A stretch of DNA of 64,000 nucleotides from Octopus sinensis (taxonomy: Eukaryota), in contig NC_043019.1 in NCBI RefSeq assembly GCF_006345805.1, positions 20,521,360-20,585,359 on the forward strand, in the 5' to 3' direction. The translations under genes were made by a program, and so were the position numbers. Below the pieces are notes generated by a model. The model ran no database searches. It saw nothing but the letters and a program-made list of their open reading frames with translations, and was not told the origin of the DNA. How positions within the stretch are numbered: the first letter of the stretch is position 1; every line of letters begins with the position of its first letter. This document shows, piece after piece, positions 1 through 12,800 of the stretch.

Positions 1-174
1 TTATCTTTTCCTTTTACTTGTTTCAGTCATTAGACTGTGGCCATACAGGGGCAACAACTTGAAGAACTTTAACCCTTTAGTGTTCAGATTACTCTGTTAA
101 ATGTAATACTTCTTCACTCAAATTGTTTTGAATTAATCATGCATTATCTTATAGCTTTGATGTTTCAATGATGC

Positions 175-587
175 TCTTTTACTCTTTACTCTTTTACTTG
201 TTTCAGTCATTTGACTGCGGCCATGCTGGAGCACCACCTTTAATTGAGCAAATCGACCCCGGGACTTATTCTTTTTTTTTTTGTAAGCCCAGTACTTATT
301 CTGTCGGTCTCTTTTACCAAACCGCTAAGTAACGGGGACATAAACACACCAGCATCGGTTGTCAAGCAATGATAGGGGGACAAACACACTCACACAAACA
401 CACACATGCATATATATATATACATATATACGACGGGCTTCTTTCAGTTTCCGTCTACCAAATCCACTCACAAGGCTTTGGTCAGCCCGAGGCTATAGTA
501 GAAGACACTTGCCCAAGGTGCCACGCAGTGGTACCGAACCCGAAACCATGTGGTTGGTAAACAAGCTACTTACCACACAGCCACTCG
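175..587 (-). mobile_element. tRNA-derived SINE family A (internal TA/TG microsatellite), nested in a TTAA-CCC MITE spanning about 70-705
   Basis: Near-identical to copies at about 10200-10570, 27640-28033, 40481-40858, 56888-57328 and 61017-61430; the uninterrupted host MITE is seen at 17959-18185. Confidence 0.85.
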
Positions 588-1572
588 ATTGTTTATTTTT
601 AGAATGTCAGTGTAGGTTAGGTGTGAGAGGCCAGATATGGCCAGTTTGAATGTAAAACATGTAGAATATTTGGGCCGGATATAGCCGGTTTAAACACTAA
701 AGGGTCTGAATGAATTGACACCAGTACTTATTTTATGAACATAATCATAAACACACACACATACAAACTCATACAAAACACACGGAGATACATGTTCACA
801 TACCTACAGATACACAGGTGTGGCTATGTGGTAAGAAGCTTGCTTCCCAACCATGTGGTTCCAGGTTCAGTCCCACTGCGTGGCACCTTGGGTAAGCGTC
901 TTCAGCTATAACCTTGGGCTGACCAAAGCCTTGTGAGTGGATTTGGTAAATGGAAACTGAAAGAAGCCCATTGTATATATATTTATTTCGGCGTTAGGAA
1001 GGGCATCCAGCTGTAGAAACTCTGCCAGATCAGACTGGAGCCTGGTGCAGCCTTCTGGCTTCCCAGACCCCGGTCGAACCGTCCAACCCATGCTAGCATG
1101 GAAAACGGACGTTAAACGATGATGATGATATGTGTGTGTGTGTGTGTGTGTGTGTCTTCGTATCTGTGTCTGTCCCGCCACCACCACATGACAACTGATG
1201 TTGGTATGTTTACATCCCTGTAACTTAGCAGTTCAGCAAAAGAGACTGATAGAATAAGTACCAGGCTTACAGAGAATAAGTCATGGGGTCGATTTCTTCA
1301 ACTAAAAGGCAGTGCTCCAGCATGGCCTCTCTAACACCAGTCATTTTACAGAGTGTACTTGGTGCTTTTACATGGCACCTTGGTTTTAGGATCTCAATTC
1401 TGTTGTGGTAGGAGGGTCTTCTTGAATCCAGCAAAGCATCACACATCTCAATTCTCTGTCATCTCCTTCATAAATCTCAGCATTTAGAGACTGGCTTTCA
1501 GCAAGTCAAATTTACTATATTATAGAAATAGATATGTAATAACCATTATTTATACCTTGTCATATATATATA

Positions 1573-1954
1573 CTAGCAGTATCGCCCGGCGTTGCTCAGG
1601 TTTGTAAGGGAAATAACTATAAAGCATTTCTAGAGAGTTATAGCCAAAAAACAGCAAAAAAATGGAAAAAAATGATGGTAAATTTTTTTTTTAGTTAAAA
1701 AAGGTGGAGTTGCGTCCCCTAGACAGTTTGCGGTTTGTGTTCCTGATTCTCGACCCCATGTCGAATTTATCGATTTTTTTCAGAACTGGGGAACTTTTCA
1801 AAATTTTCGCTGCATTAGTTTTGAATTATGACATTGGGCTATGTGTGTGTCAAGTTTCATCAGAATCGGTTGAAAGCCGTGGTCAGGGTGAGGGTACAAG
1901 CAAACAGACACACAGAAACACGCACAGACAAACTGCTGTTTATATAGAGAGAGA
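1573..1954 (-). mobile_element. Non-autonomous Helitron
   Basis: - strand begins TC(TCTCTATATA), ends with a GC-rich hairpin and CTAG, sits between A and T, no TSD. Confidence 0.75.
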
Positions 1955-2360
1955 TTATTGTTATTCAGTGTGGGTTAGTCTTTGCTGGCCATTGCTATCA
2001 TGCTAAACAACAGGCTATATCAGATGTTATATTTTAGATACGTCCACTCCCTAAAGAGGATGAAAACCACTCAAACTACATTGAAGTTGTTGACAGAGAG
2101 GCGCAACATAACAATTGAGGATATACCAAAGCTAATGATGGTGATGGTGGTGGTGGTGGTGGGGAGACACACAGGGATTCCTGGTGTAGCATTGAGGAAC
2201 AAATCTCAAGTGCAGCTGCTGGATGAAGAATCAATGATGACGACATTGAGGCTGGTCATTTTACAGGACAGTTATTGGCGTGGCTTACATTAAATCCAGC
2301 TCATTGTGTTCCATCAAGCATTGCCTACATCTTATTCACCTAACTACCCCCTTCCCATCG
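1955..2360 (+). repeat. Unclassified ~400 bp dispersed repeat; diverged second copy at about 4922-5305
   Basis: Colinear similarity (gttagtctttgctg...cattgcctacatcttattc...ctaactacccc). Confidence 0.8.
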
Positions 2361-2364
2361 CTCT

Positions 2365-2612
2365 TCTTCAGGGTTGGTGAAAGCGATGTGGTGGACAACA
2401 AAAAAACCTGGCTGATGACAGTCAGAGCTGATCTGGAACCCAACCTAGGCCCCCATATCTACGCCGTTCGCCACTGGAATAAGGAGTGGTTGGAGATCAC
2501 GCGGTCGTTAGCCTCAAATCGCCAGACCTGGTCAGCATTTGTGAGAGATGCAGAATTGAGGATGAATGGAGCCAGCTTAACCCACCCCGGGTGAATGCTG
2601 TCAAGTCAAGTC
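2365..2612 (+). mobile_element. RTE-like LINE 3' end
   Basis: KTWLMTVRADL...ASNRQTWSAFV peptide followed by a (CAAGT)n tail. Confidence 0.65.
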
Positions 2613-3599
2613 ACTCGCTTGGGTAGAGAAACTGCACACTATTACTCCTTTGCACTAGCAGTTAACGTCTCCTTCCTTCTAGAACCTCCTCTCCCTTATT
2701 TTCTCCACACAGTTCTCACCAAACACTTTCTTTCTCTGGATGTTAAACGATGATGATGGAACTTCGTTTTTTGTTATAACTTTACACCTCAACAGAGCTT
2801 GCTTCCTAGCTATATGGTTTCAGGTTCAGTCCCACTGCGTGGCACTTTGGGTGGGTGTCTTCTGCTATAGCCTCGAGCCGACCGAAGCTTTGTGATTGAA
2901 TTCGGTAGGCGGAAGTTACTGCCGTGTGTGTATGTGTGCGTATAGCTGCTCAGTGCCTCTCCGAAAGCGAGAGAGAGAGAGAGAGAGATTTAGATACAGC
3001 AAAGTTTCTGAAAGAAATGGTACAACATTCCGTATCTGTGTGGAATAAAGAACTCGCTGCTTGAGCCATAGCAAAACACTGCAGACCAACCACCAACTAA
3101 GAGTACGTCCACAAAGAACAAAGACAGCTTTTAGTTTGGAGAAGCAAACTCTTTAGTGCCAGTAACATTTTTGAACACACCCTGCCTTATTCATTGTTTA
3201 TAAAAAGCAGTCTACTTAAGTGCTCAGTTCATACATTTTTTTATATCTGTTTTAGGAATTCTTCCTGTGTGCCCTTCCTCTCTTTACTAACAACAAACTA
3301 AATTATTGCTCACCTATATATAATACAACTATTGTATATACAATGAGTATACACACACACACAGACACACACACACAAACTCAGCAATTATAACATGCAT
3401 ATGTAACACTCACACATGTGGTGGTGGTAGTAGTAGTAGTAGTTGTTGTAGTATGACAGATAGACAGACACACATACACACAGCAGGGGTTAAGAAGTCC
3501 GTTTGTCTGTCCTTGTTTGTCCCCTCTGTGTGTGGCCCCTTGTGGGTAGTAAAGAAATAAGTATATCAGAAATATTTGTATGGGAGTATCAATCATTTA

Positions 3600-3915
3600 T
3601 CACTATTGTGCGATGCCAAGCTGTCTAGAATTGAAGTGAGTGAGTGCCATGAGAAATACTATTGTCTATATGACTCTGTCTTTCTGTCTGATGCACTCTA
3701 TGCCAGTGAGTCTGTGAAGAGCACAGCAAGGATGGATAGAAAAATGTATTCCATCAAAGGTACCTCAGAAAGATCCTGCGATCAAACTCACAAATGAACA
3801 GTTTCTGGAAAGAGGAAAGATCATGACTACTACAAAAGATTGCAGCAGAATGCCAATTCTGGTTGGCTGGCCATATTCTCGGTCTTGTCAATCAACAACA
3901 CTTGAAAACAGCCAG
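3600..3915 (+). mobile_element. Degraded LINE ORF2 C-terminal relic
   Basis: Frameshifted LYASES...FHQRYLRKILR...TNEQFLER...LAGHIL. Confidence 0.6.
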
Positions 3916-4495
3916 GGTTAGGGGCTACCTGTCAGCAGACATAAAAAAAGGACAGACTCGCTGCTCTTTTTTAAGCGGGCTGGCAAGGCAGTTTTCCCTT
4001 GTCTAGTGACTGTTGCGAAAGAGGTTGTCTGGTGGACGAAGCTGAAAGGAATGAGGACAGAAACATTCCTCTTTGGTAAAGCCCTCATCGAGTTCTTCAA
4101 GTTTCACTTGAAAAGGAAAGTGAGGGTAGAGAGGGAGGTGCTGTCCTCGAGTGAATTTATGAAAAGGTGAGTGAAAGTTGCGAAAGTAGCAAGAGTGGAT
4201 GGTAGCACTTTCAGTGTAGACCTGTGAATTGGAAGAAAGGAATATGAAGAGGGTACTCATCCTTGGTATGATCAGGATCTTGGATGGTGGGGTTCCTCGA
4301 TTATCCCTAGAGGTCCTCCTATATCAGGAGGACCCCATCACCCATACTTTTTTTTCTCTGTTTCTTCTAGTGCCCTATACTATGTATATTTACCTTCTTT
4401 TAATGTATACCATGTATACATTTTTTTTTCCTATTTTATGTAAACCCTCACACTTTATGTCTGTCTTTCTATTGTCCCCTGGTGGAAAATAAAAG

Positions 4496-4907
4496 GGATC
4501 TTTTTGGTTTGAACGGCAGTTTTTTCTAGCGGTGTCATATGAAATTGTCACCCATAATTATGACCTGAGTATCGATCTATTACATTTCAGTCTGTTTTAG
4601 GGTTAGGGGTGCGGGGAAGGGTATCTTTTTTTCTTCAGAAATGTAAATAAACCCAATCTGTTTCTTAAACGAGGGACATATTCATATGGCACAGAATGTT
4701 TTCACATCACTAGACGTCATTGATTGGTTGAAATTGCAGAAATTGAAGAAGAAAAAACAACAAATATCTTACAAACTATAGAATTTTCTCAATAAAGCCA
4801 AGAGAAAAAGATGTTTTATAAACACATTCTACCAGTATACGAAGTTAAAAATTTTTTAGTTACGTGGAAATTATTTTTAAAAACTGCCATTCAAACCGAA
4901 AAGATCC
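4496..4907. mobile_element. MITE with GG termini and 8-bp TSD (Merlin-like)
   Basis: ~30-bp TIR GGATCTTTTTGGTTTGAACGGCAGTTTTT / AAAAACTGCCATTCAAACCGAAAAGATCC; AATAAAAG on both sides. Confidence 0.8.
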
Positions 4908-5427
4908 AATAAAAGTAATCATTATTATTCTTATTCAGTGCAGGTTAGTCTTTGCTGACCATTGCTATCATGCTAAACAGCAGGCCATATTGGATGTTAT
5001 ATTTTGGATACTTCCACTCCCTAATAGAGTTCCACTCAACTACAATGATCTTGACAGAGAGACACAACATAACAATTGAGGATATACCAAAACTGATGAT
5101 GGTGGTGGTCATGGGGGACACACACAGGGAATCCTGGTGCAGCATTGTGAAACACATCTGAAGTGCAGCTGCTGGAAGATGATGACATTGAGGCTGGTCA
5201 TTTTGCAGGACAGTTATTGACATGGCTTGCATTAAATTTAGCTCATTGTGTTCCATCAAGCATTGCCTACATCTTATTCGCCTAACTACCCCCGTCCCAT
5301 TGCTCCTCTATCTGTGGAATTACTTGGCGGCTGTAATCGCTTGGGAGAGAAATGACACATTACAGCCCCTCAACACCTCCTTTGCACAGCCAGTTACCTC
5401 CTCCGTCCCTCTGGAATCTCTGCTTAT

Positions 5428-5811
5428 GGAAGCACTCCGTTGGTTACGACGACGAGGGTTCCGGTTGATCCGATCAACGGAACAGCCTGCTCGTGAAATT
5501 AACGTGTAAGTGGCTGAGCACTCCACAGACACGTGTACCCTTAACGTAGTTCTCAGGGATATTCAGCGTGACACAGAGAGTGACAAGGCTGGCCCCTTTG
5601 AAATACAGGTACAACAGAAACAGGAAGTAAGAGTGAGAGAAAGTTGTGGTGAAAGAGTACAGCAGGGATCACCACCATCCCCTGCCGGAGCCTCGTGGAG
5701 CTTTAGGTGTTTTCGCTCAATAAACACTCACAACGCCCGGTCTGGGAATCGAAACTGCGATCCTATGACCGCGAGTCCGCTGCCCTAACCACTGGGCCAT
5801 TGCGCCTCCAC
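5428..5811 (-). mobile_element. tRNA-derived SINE, young copy
   Basis: 13-bp TSD AATCTCTGCTTAT; head shared with copies at 34992-35275 and 50006-50257. Confidence 0.85.
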
Positions 5812-6014
5812 AATCTCTGCTTATAATATGGAGGGGAATGGGTTCAGTAGTCGTAGGTCAGCACCTTATTATTTTCCGTGGCTGGATGCCCTTCCTGTTT
5901 CCAAATAAGGTGATAATTCCTCATATCCTAGACATGGATATACATTGTGATTTTTAATTTTGTTTTATTTTGGTATTGTTTTTTACTGAATATTTTTTAA
6001 AATCTAAATTCCAG

Positions 6015-6084
6015 GCACATGTTTCTTTGTAAGATATTCCAAGCATGGAGATCTGCAGTCCAGGAAGTACGGTTGAATGTCAAG
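6015..6084 (+). CDS. USP44: USP44/49-like exon ([23 protein letters not shown])
   Basis: ccag| acceptor, aag|gtatag donor; resembles USP44 RRILMGKIFRTW; phase 0 end fits next exon. Confidence 0.75.
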
Positions 6085-9000
6085 GTATAGTATTCTATAT
6101 TTTTTGTCTTTTTTTCATTTACTTATGGTTATTTTTTTCACTGATTTCAGTCAATTTTGAACTGTGGTCATACTGGAGCACTGCTTCAGTAATTGAACTT
6201 GGAGAGCATTTCTTTCCTAACACAACTATACATGCCAATCCTAGTTACTAGTTTGTGTTCATGTGTGGTTAAGAAGTTTCCATTCCAGCCACATGGTTTC
6301 TGGTTCATTTCCACTGTATGGCATCTTGGACAAGAGTGTTCTACTAATAACCAGCTTAACCCTTTTGTTACCAACCCGGCTGAAACCGGCTCTGGCTCTG
6401 TTGTACAAATCTCTTGTTTTCTTAAGGTTTCAATTAAAATCTTCCACTGAATCTTAGTCACAATTTATGTTCCTAATACAAGCTGAATGATAACTAAGTT
6501 ATTTTACTAAATTCTTTGTTATATTTAAAGTAATTAAAAGAAACACAGAACATCTCAAAATAAATACAGTAACAAAAGGGTTAAGTGGAACTGATGTGGA
6601 CAACCAACTAATGTGGCACAGCTTATATGGCACATCTGTGGACCAGCAGCTTAGGTGGTACAACTGTGGATCACATTTTCATTGATATTGAAATCTTTCT
6701 TCTGTATTTCAGGATGAAGTAAATAAATCCAAGTTTTCTGCAGAGAAGGCACTGATCCCCGGAGTAGTTGGTCTGAGGAACCTCGGAAATACGTGTTACA
6801 TGAATTCTATTCTTCAGGTTTTGGGGTAAGTTGCACCATTTTCTGTTAATATACAAATGATATTGAACCCCTGATGCTAGTGATGTTCCCGTCCCTAAAT
6901 GTTGATTTTTCAATAATCTAAGAAGATATTACCACAGTCAAACCAATGACATTGTGTTTATGTTCCATACTCTATTCTTTTACTTGTTTCAGTCATTTGA
7001 CTGCGGCCATGCTGGAGCACCGCTTTTCTAAATATCTCAAAGAGATATAAGCAGTGGTGGAACAATAGAGCTGTTGTATACTGTCAACTTAACGTGACAG
7101 TCCTGTAAGGGAATCACACCACCGCTATTTAGCCCTAGGAAGCATCAACGTTTCCTGTTGGCCTTGACACATTTCCTGTGTCCTTATGTTTACAAAGGGG
7201 AGACAAGCACTCCCAACAGCTAAGCCTGCATCCAGAGACTAGTTTCTGGGTCTTGCTCATCATCAGTCTGGAGCAGCAAGTTATTTTACTAAATTCTTCA
7301 TAATTTTAAATGTTAATTGAAACAAAGGCAGTATATTGCACCAGAAATATGGTAATGAAAGCATTTAACCCTTTAGCATTTAAACCAGCCATATCCGGCC
7401 AAAGGTATTCTGCTTCTTTTATGTTCAAACTGGCCAGATCTGGTCTCTCACACCAACCCTACAATATCATCTTAAAAATTAACAGCTACCTCATCAAAAT
7501 CTCATAACTACAAGATAATGCATGGTTAGTTCAAAACAATGTGGATAAAAAAGCACTTGTTTTGGCAGAATAATGCGATCACTAAAGGATTAAACCAGCC
7601 ATATCCAGCCAATATATTCTACTTGTTTTATGTTCAGACTGGCCAGATCAGGCATCTCACACCTACCCTACAATGCCATTCTAAAAATAAACTATCACGT
7701 TATTAAAATTCTGAAGTTTCAGGATAATTCATGATTAATTCAAAACATTGTGAATAAATAAGCATTATATCTGACAGAGTATTCTGAATGCTAAAGGGTT
7801 AAATCTCCTTCAAATCATCTTATCATTTCTATCTAACCCATGCAAGCATGGAAAAGTGGATGTTAAACTGATGTGTATGGTAACAAAGACTTCATCTTTT
7901 TCTTCCACATATCTGCTGAAATACACTGCTTTTGTTTCAATGCATTTTGAAAATAAGCGAAAGTTCAGTAAAATACCCTTGTTATCATTATTAAGCTGGT
8001 GTTTAAAACATAAATTAACTTGAAAATTTTAATGGGAAAAGGTTTTAATTAATATCATTTTAAAACAAGATATTTCTATCTCAAGAACCAAACGACAGTG
8101 TCAGGTGAGTTGGTATTTAAAACTGCAACACAGTTGTCTCCCTGGACAGCACTATTTGATGATATTCTCCTGTAATCTTATTCATTCCTCAATTTTCATA
8201 ATAGTGACAAAAAAGTTTATAGAAAAGAATAGATCAACAAATGTTATATGCTATAATGCTCCATTTTCATATTTAATAGCTTCTAATAACCCTCATAAAT
8301 TCTTTGCAGCACTAGATAGGTATTTCCTACCTTCAAGTAAATATTGGAAATTATTTAATTGACATAGTGTTATGCTTTCATATTCAACCACTAGAAATAT
8401 AGCTGAGATTATTGCAGCCCAAAATAAACAGAGAATTTGAGGATATCTAAATTATAAATTTCTAAATAATTTTAGAACTGATGTATAGTGAAATGGATGT
8501 TATTTATAATCATTTGGAACAAGGTTTAGATTCTATAATTGATCAAAATTCTGATAATATAGTTAGTCTTTTACTTTGTATTAGTATTAATTCTATTCAT
8601 AATAGTAATTATAACTATGAGGGCAATTTACAAGTGAACAAATTCATGTGTAATTCTGTAAACAAACTCGATGCCCTTTAGGAAATCAGTGCCTAAAGAA
8701 GAATTTAGTGTGAAGTAATAACTAAATATCATAAGTACTGGTATATTGGTTTTTCTGCTACTAGTTGGAAATATAGATTCTATAATCATTCTAATTCCTT
8801 TAAATATCAAAGAAAATGTAATTCTACTAATCTTAGTGAATGCATTTGGAATTTGAAGGATAAGAATATTAAATATGATTTAAAGTGGTCCATTATTAGT
8901 TATGCATCATTGTATATAATATTGGTAATTCTTCTTGTGATCTTTGCCTTGAAGAATTATATTTTATAATTACCTCTAAGTTAATTTTATTAAACTTTAA

Positions 9001-9088
9001 TGGGCACTTAACTTTAAAATTTCAGGCCTTGTGCCCTTAGTAGAAAGGATTATTATTATCATTATCATTATTATTATTATCATCATCG

Positions 9089-9119
<31 letters not shown>

Positions 9120-9200
9120 CATTATTATTATTATTATCATCATCATCATCATCATTATTATTATTATTATTTTATTATTATTATTATCATTATTATTATT

Positions 9201-9247
<47 letters not shown>

Positions 9248-9672
9248 TATTATTATTATAAAAGTGGTGAGCTGGCAGAATTGTTAGCATGCCGGACAAA
9301 ATGTTAAGCTACATTTCATCTGTCCTTACGTTCTGAGTTCAAATTCTGCCAAAGCTAACATTGCATTTCATCCTTTCAAGCTCAATAAAAAAACCAGTTG
9401 AACCCTGGGATCCATGTAATCGACTTACACCCTTCCCTTGTCCCAACATTTGAAACCATTGTTATTAACCTTTCGAAGCGCCTCCCCCTATTGGGAGTTT
9501 TAATTGTTACTTACATTTCGTTGTTATCCTGCTTTTGTACATGGACCTTTTTTCAAACGGACAAAACCCTTTGTAACTTTCGTCCTGTGTTTTGTCCCTT
9601 TATGTTTTAATTGATTTTTGTTAGCCCTTGTGGCCAATAAACAAACGAATTATATTATTATCATTATTATTA

Positions 9673-9713
<41 letters not shown>

Positions 9714-9788
9714 CATTATTATTATTATTATTATTATTATATTATTATTATTATTATTATTATTTATTATTATTATTTTTTATTATTA

Positions 9789-9824
<36 letters not shown>

Positions 9825-12800
9825 ATTTATTATTATTATTTATTATTTCTGTTTTGACGTTCAGGCATCTGGACAAGTTTCGTCACTTTTTTGTGAGTAT
9901 GCCCGTTAGGTCGCTGACCTCTGCCCACTCATGTTGTCACTCATGGCCTCACAACCAGGTCACCACAAACACTGGTCAAAGCTGTAGCAGCACAAACAGC
10001 TCTCGGAACCGGAATACTGAGAGCTTGCAGGTAAGTTCTTGTAACTATTGTTGTTGTACACTACTCTTGCATGTGACTAGCACCTTTGGGTACTAGTTGC
10101 ATGCCAATATATTTGTAGTGGACACTTGGACCCTTTGTCTGTCCTGTGTACCACGTGTGTTACACAGGACATATTTCCCTAACATCCATGCATCATATAT
10201 GCTGGAGCACTCCTTTACTTGAGCAAATCGACCCCAGGACTTATTCTTTGTAAGCCTAGTACTTATTCTATCAGTCTATTTTGCCGAACCGCTAAGTTAC
10301 GGGGATGTAAACACACCAGCATCGGTTGTCAAGCGATGTTGGAGGGACAAACACAGACACACAAACATATACACACACATACATACATATACATATACAT
10401 ATATACGACGGGTTTCTTTCAGTCTCCGTCTACCAAATCCACTCACAAGGCTTTGGTTGGCCCGAGGCTATAGTAGAAGACACTTGCCCAAGGTGCCACG
10501 CGGTGGGACTGAACCCAGAACCATGTGGTTGGTAAGCAAGCTACTTACCACACAACCACTCCTACGCCTATTATTGAAGAATTTGTATCATAGAATCGGG
10601 AGAAATTTTGGGTGGGTAAGTATCAAAGGGTTAAAACACCTGTGAATGCAGAAACACAACGTTTGTTAATTAAGGTAATTAATATAATTAAATTACATCT
10701 ATTTATATATTTCATGATTTTTCTGTTTTTATTTATTCAATTCATTTCTTTTTTCATTCTTTCTTCATTTGTTGTTAGCTGCTGCGTAAATGTCCACTGA
10801 AAGGTGGCTTGAATGGTGGTGCTACTCAACAGAAACCATTACCTCCCAGATTACTGCCTCTTTCACCCTCCTCAAGCCATCACAAGCTGGCCAAATGGGA
10901 GAAGTCAGTGTAAGTTGAGTCTTATTAATTCCCTTTTTATTCCTGTTCTCCTTATTCTCCCTCCACCTGTTTTGGCTGATATTTAGCAAGGGCTAATTAC
11001 TGTCATCACATTGTTACCAATTAGATCTTATTTAAATATTAGCTTACAAAATTACATTGTTAATTAGTCTCTTATCGGAATTCTGTATCGTATTTTATCA
11101 TAATCAACCACAGCCATGGCAGTGTGGTTTAGAAGTTTGCTTCCCAGCCACATAATTTCAGTCCCACTCTGTGGTGCCTTTGGCAAATATCCCCTATGAG
11201 ATTCCCAGGCTAACCAAAGTCTTGTGAGTGGATTTGGTAGACAAAATCTGAAAGAAGCCTGTCGTATATGCTTCCTAGGGCTAAATAGCAGTGGTGTAAT
11301 TCCCTTTATGGGACTGTCACGTTAAGTTGACAGTATACAACTGCTCTATCGTTCCACCACTGCTTATATCTCTTTGAGATATTTAGACATTTAATATTTC
11401 TAATTTTTTGTTATTATTAAACTGATATTTAGAACATAGATTAACACAAAAGGCAGCAGAAATATAACAAGTGAAACTCTGAGTAACAGCTTTCGTTATA
11501 TTTCTGTTGCTTTTAAATAAAGCATATTACTCTACATAAATGTGAAACAAGGTGGAAAAAAGAGTACTCAAATACCAGCGGTAGAGTAATATGCTTTATT
11601 TAAAAGCAACAGAAATATAACAAAAGCTGTTACTCAGAGTTTCACTTGTTATATCTCTGCTGCTTTTAAATAAAGTATATATATATATATATATATATAT
11701 TTGTGTTTGTGTCTGTGTCTGCAAGTATATGTGTGTGTATGTTCATATTTCCTTGTTTTGGTATTGCATGTTAGTTGTAAACAAGTGTTGCAGTTATACT
11801 TGTGGTGTCATTCATTTGCAACCTTCTGTGAGAACTGCTGCTGGTGCCACATAAAATGCACCCAGAACACTCTGTTCTCTACTTTACCAGATGTAATAAC
11901 TTGTCCTGAACTTTTCCATGTTCACAAGCGTAAGAATATTATTTCTCTTGCTCACATTTTCCCATGTAATATTATTTATTTTGGAAACAAGTGAGGATTT
12001 TGGCCACAGGAAGGGCATCTGGTTGTAGAAAATCGTATCTCAGTAAATTCTGAACAGCCCATGCAAGCGTGGAAAAGTGAATGTTAAATCAAGGATGTTG
12101 ATGTTGTTATTGCTGCTGTTGTCTTCTTCATTGCTTCTGTTACTATTAAAACAATTAAGCATTGACTTGTATTCTAAACCTGATTCTCTATTGTATTAAA
12201 CCTTCATTTCAGCTCCCTTTGTGAAGAACTACGGTCCCTATTCCAAGCTCTCTGGTCTGGCCAGTCATCCGTTGTCAGCCCAAATGCTCTACTTCAGGCT
12301 GTCTGGGATTATATTCCAGCTTTCCAAGGTTATTCACAACAAGATGCACAAGAGTTCTTGAGGTAATGCAATTGTTATTTCCAATTTATTTTATCTACTG
12401 TTTACGTCTATGAGCTCCAATTAGCAATCAACCCTGGATCTGTTGTACACACCTTCCCTTTTAACCCTCTTGTTACCATTTTTTTGTTGAAATGCAGGAA
12501 GGGCCAAAGGTCACACACAAAATAAGTTCTATATGCTCCAAAATTGTCAGACATGTTTCACTTTTTCTAAAACTGAATAAAATAAAATAATGATGAATGC
12601 ACACATACTTGTACATGATGAACAACATGAATGTGATATAAAAAAATGCCAAATGTTTTGGCACATGGCTTTTGGTCCACCCCCTATACTACCTTTATTT
12701 CAATTAATTTTAGAAATAACTAGCAGTATCGCCTGGCGTTGCTCGGGTTTGTACGGGAAATAACTATATAAGCATTTTTAGATAGTTACTTCCCTTATAT

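Noticed and set aside
359-649. Recurrent ORFs [17 protein letters not shown] and [17 protein letters not shown]
   Set aside because: Antisense translations of SINE family A, repeated many times in the window
3576-3797. Possible ZnF-UBP exon of the USP gene (IEVSECHEKYYCLYD)
   Set aside because: Lacks the CxxC/His ligand pattern and convincing splice sites; better explained as a LINE relic
4596-4612. Interstitial telomere (TTAGGG)
   Set aside because: Only two units, internal to a MITE
8997-9299. Poly-Asp/Asn/Ile ORFs
   Set aside because: Trinucleotide microsatellite translations
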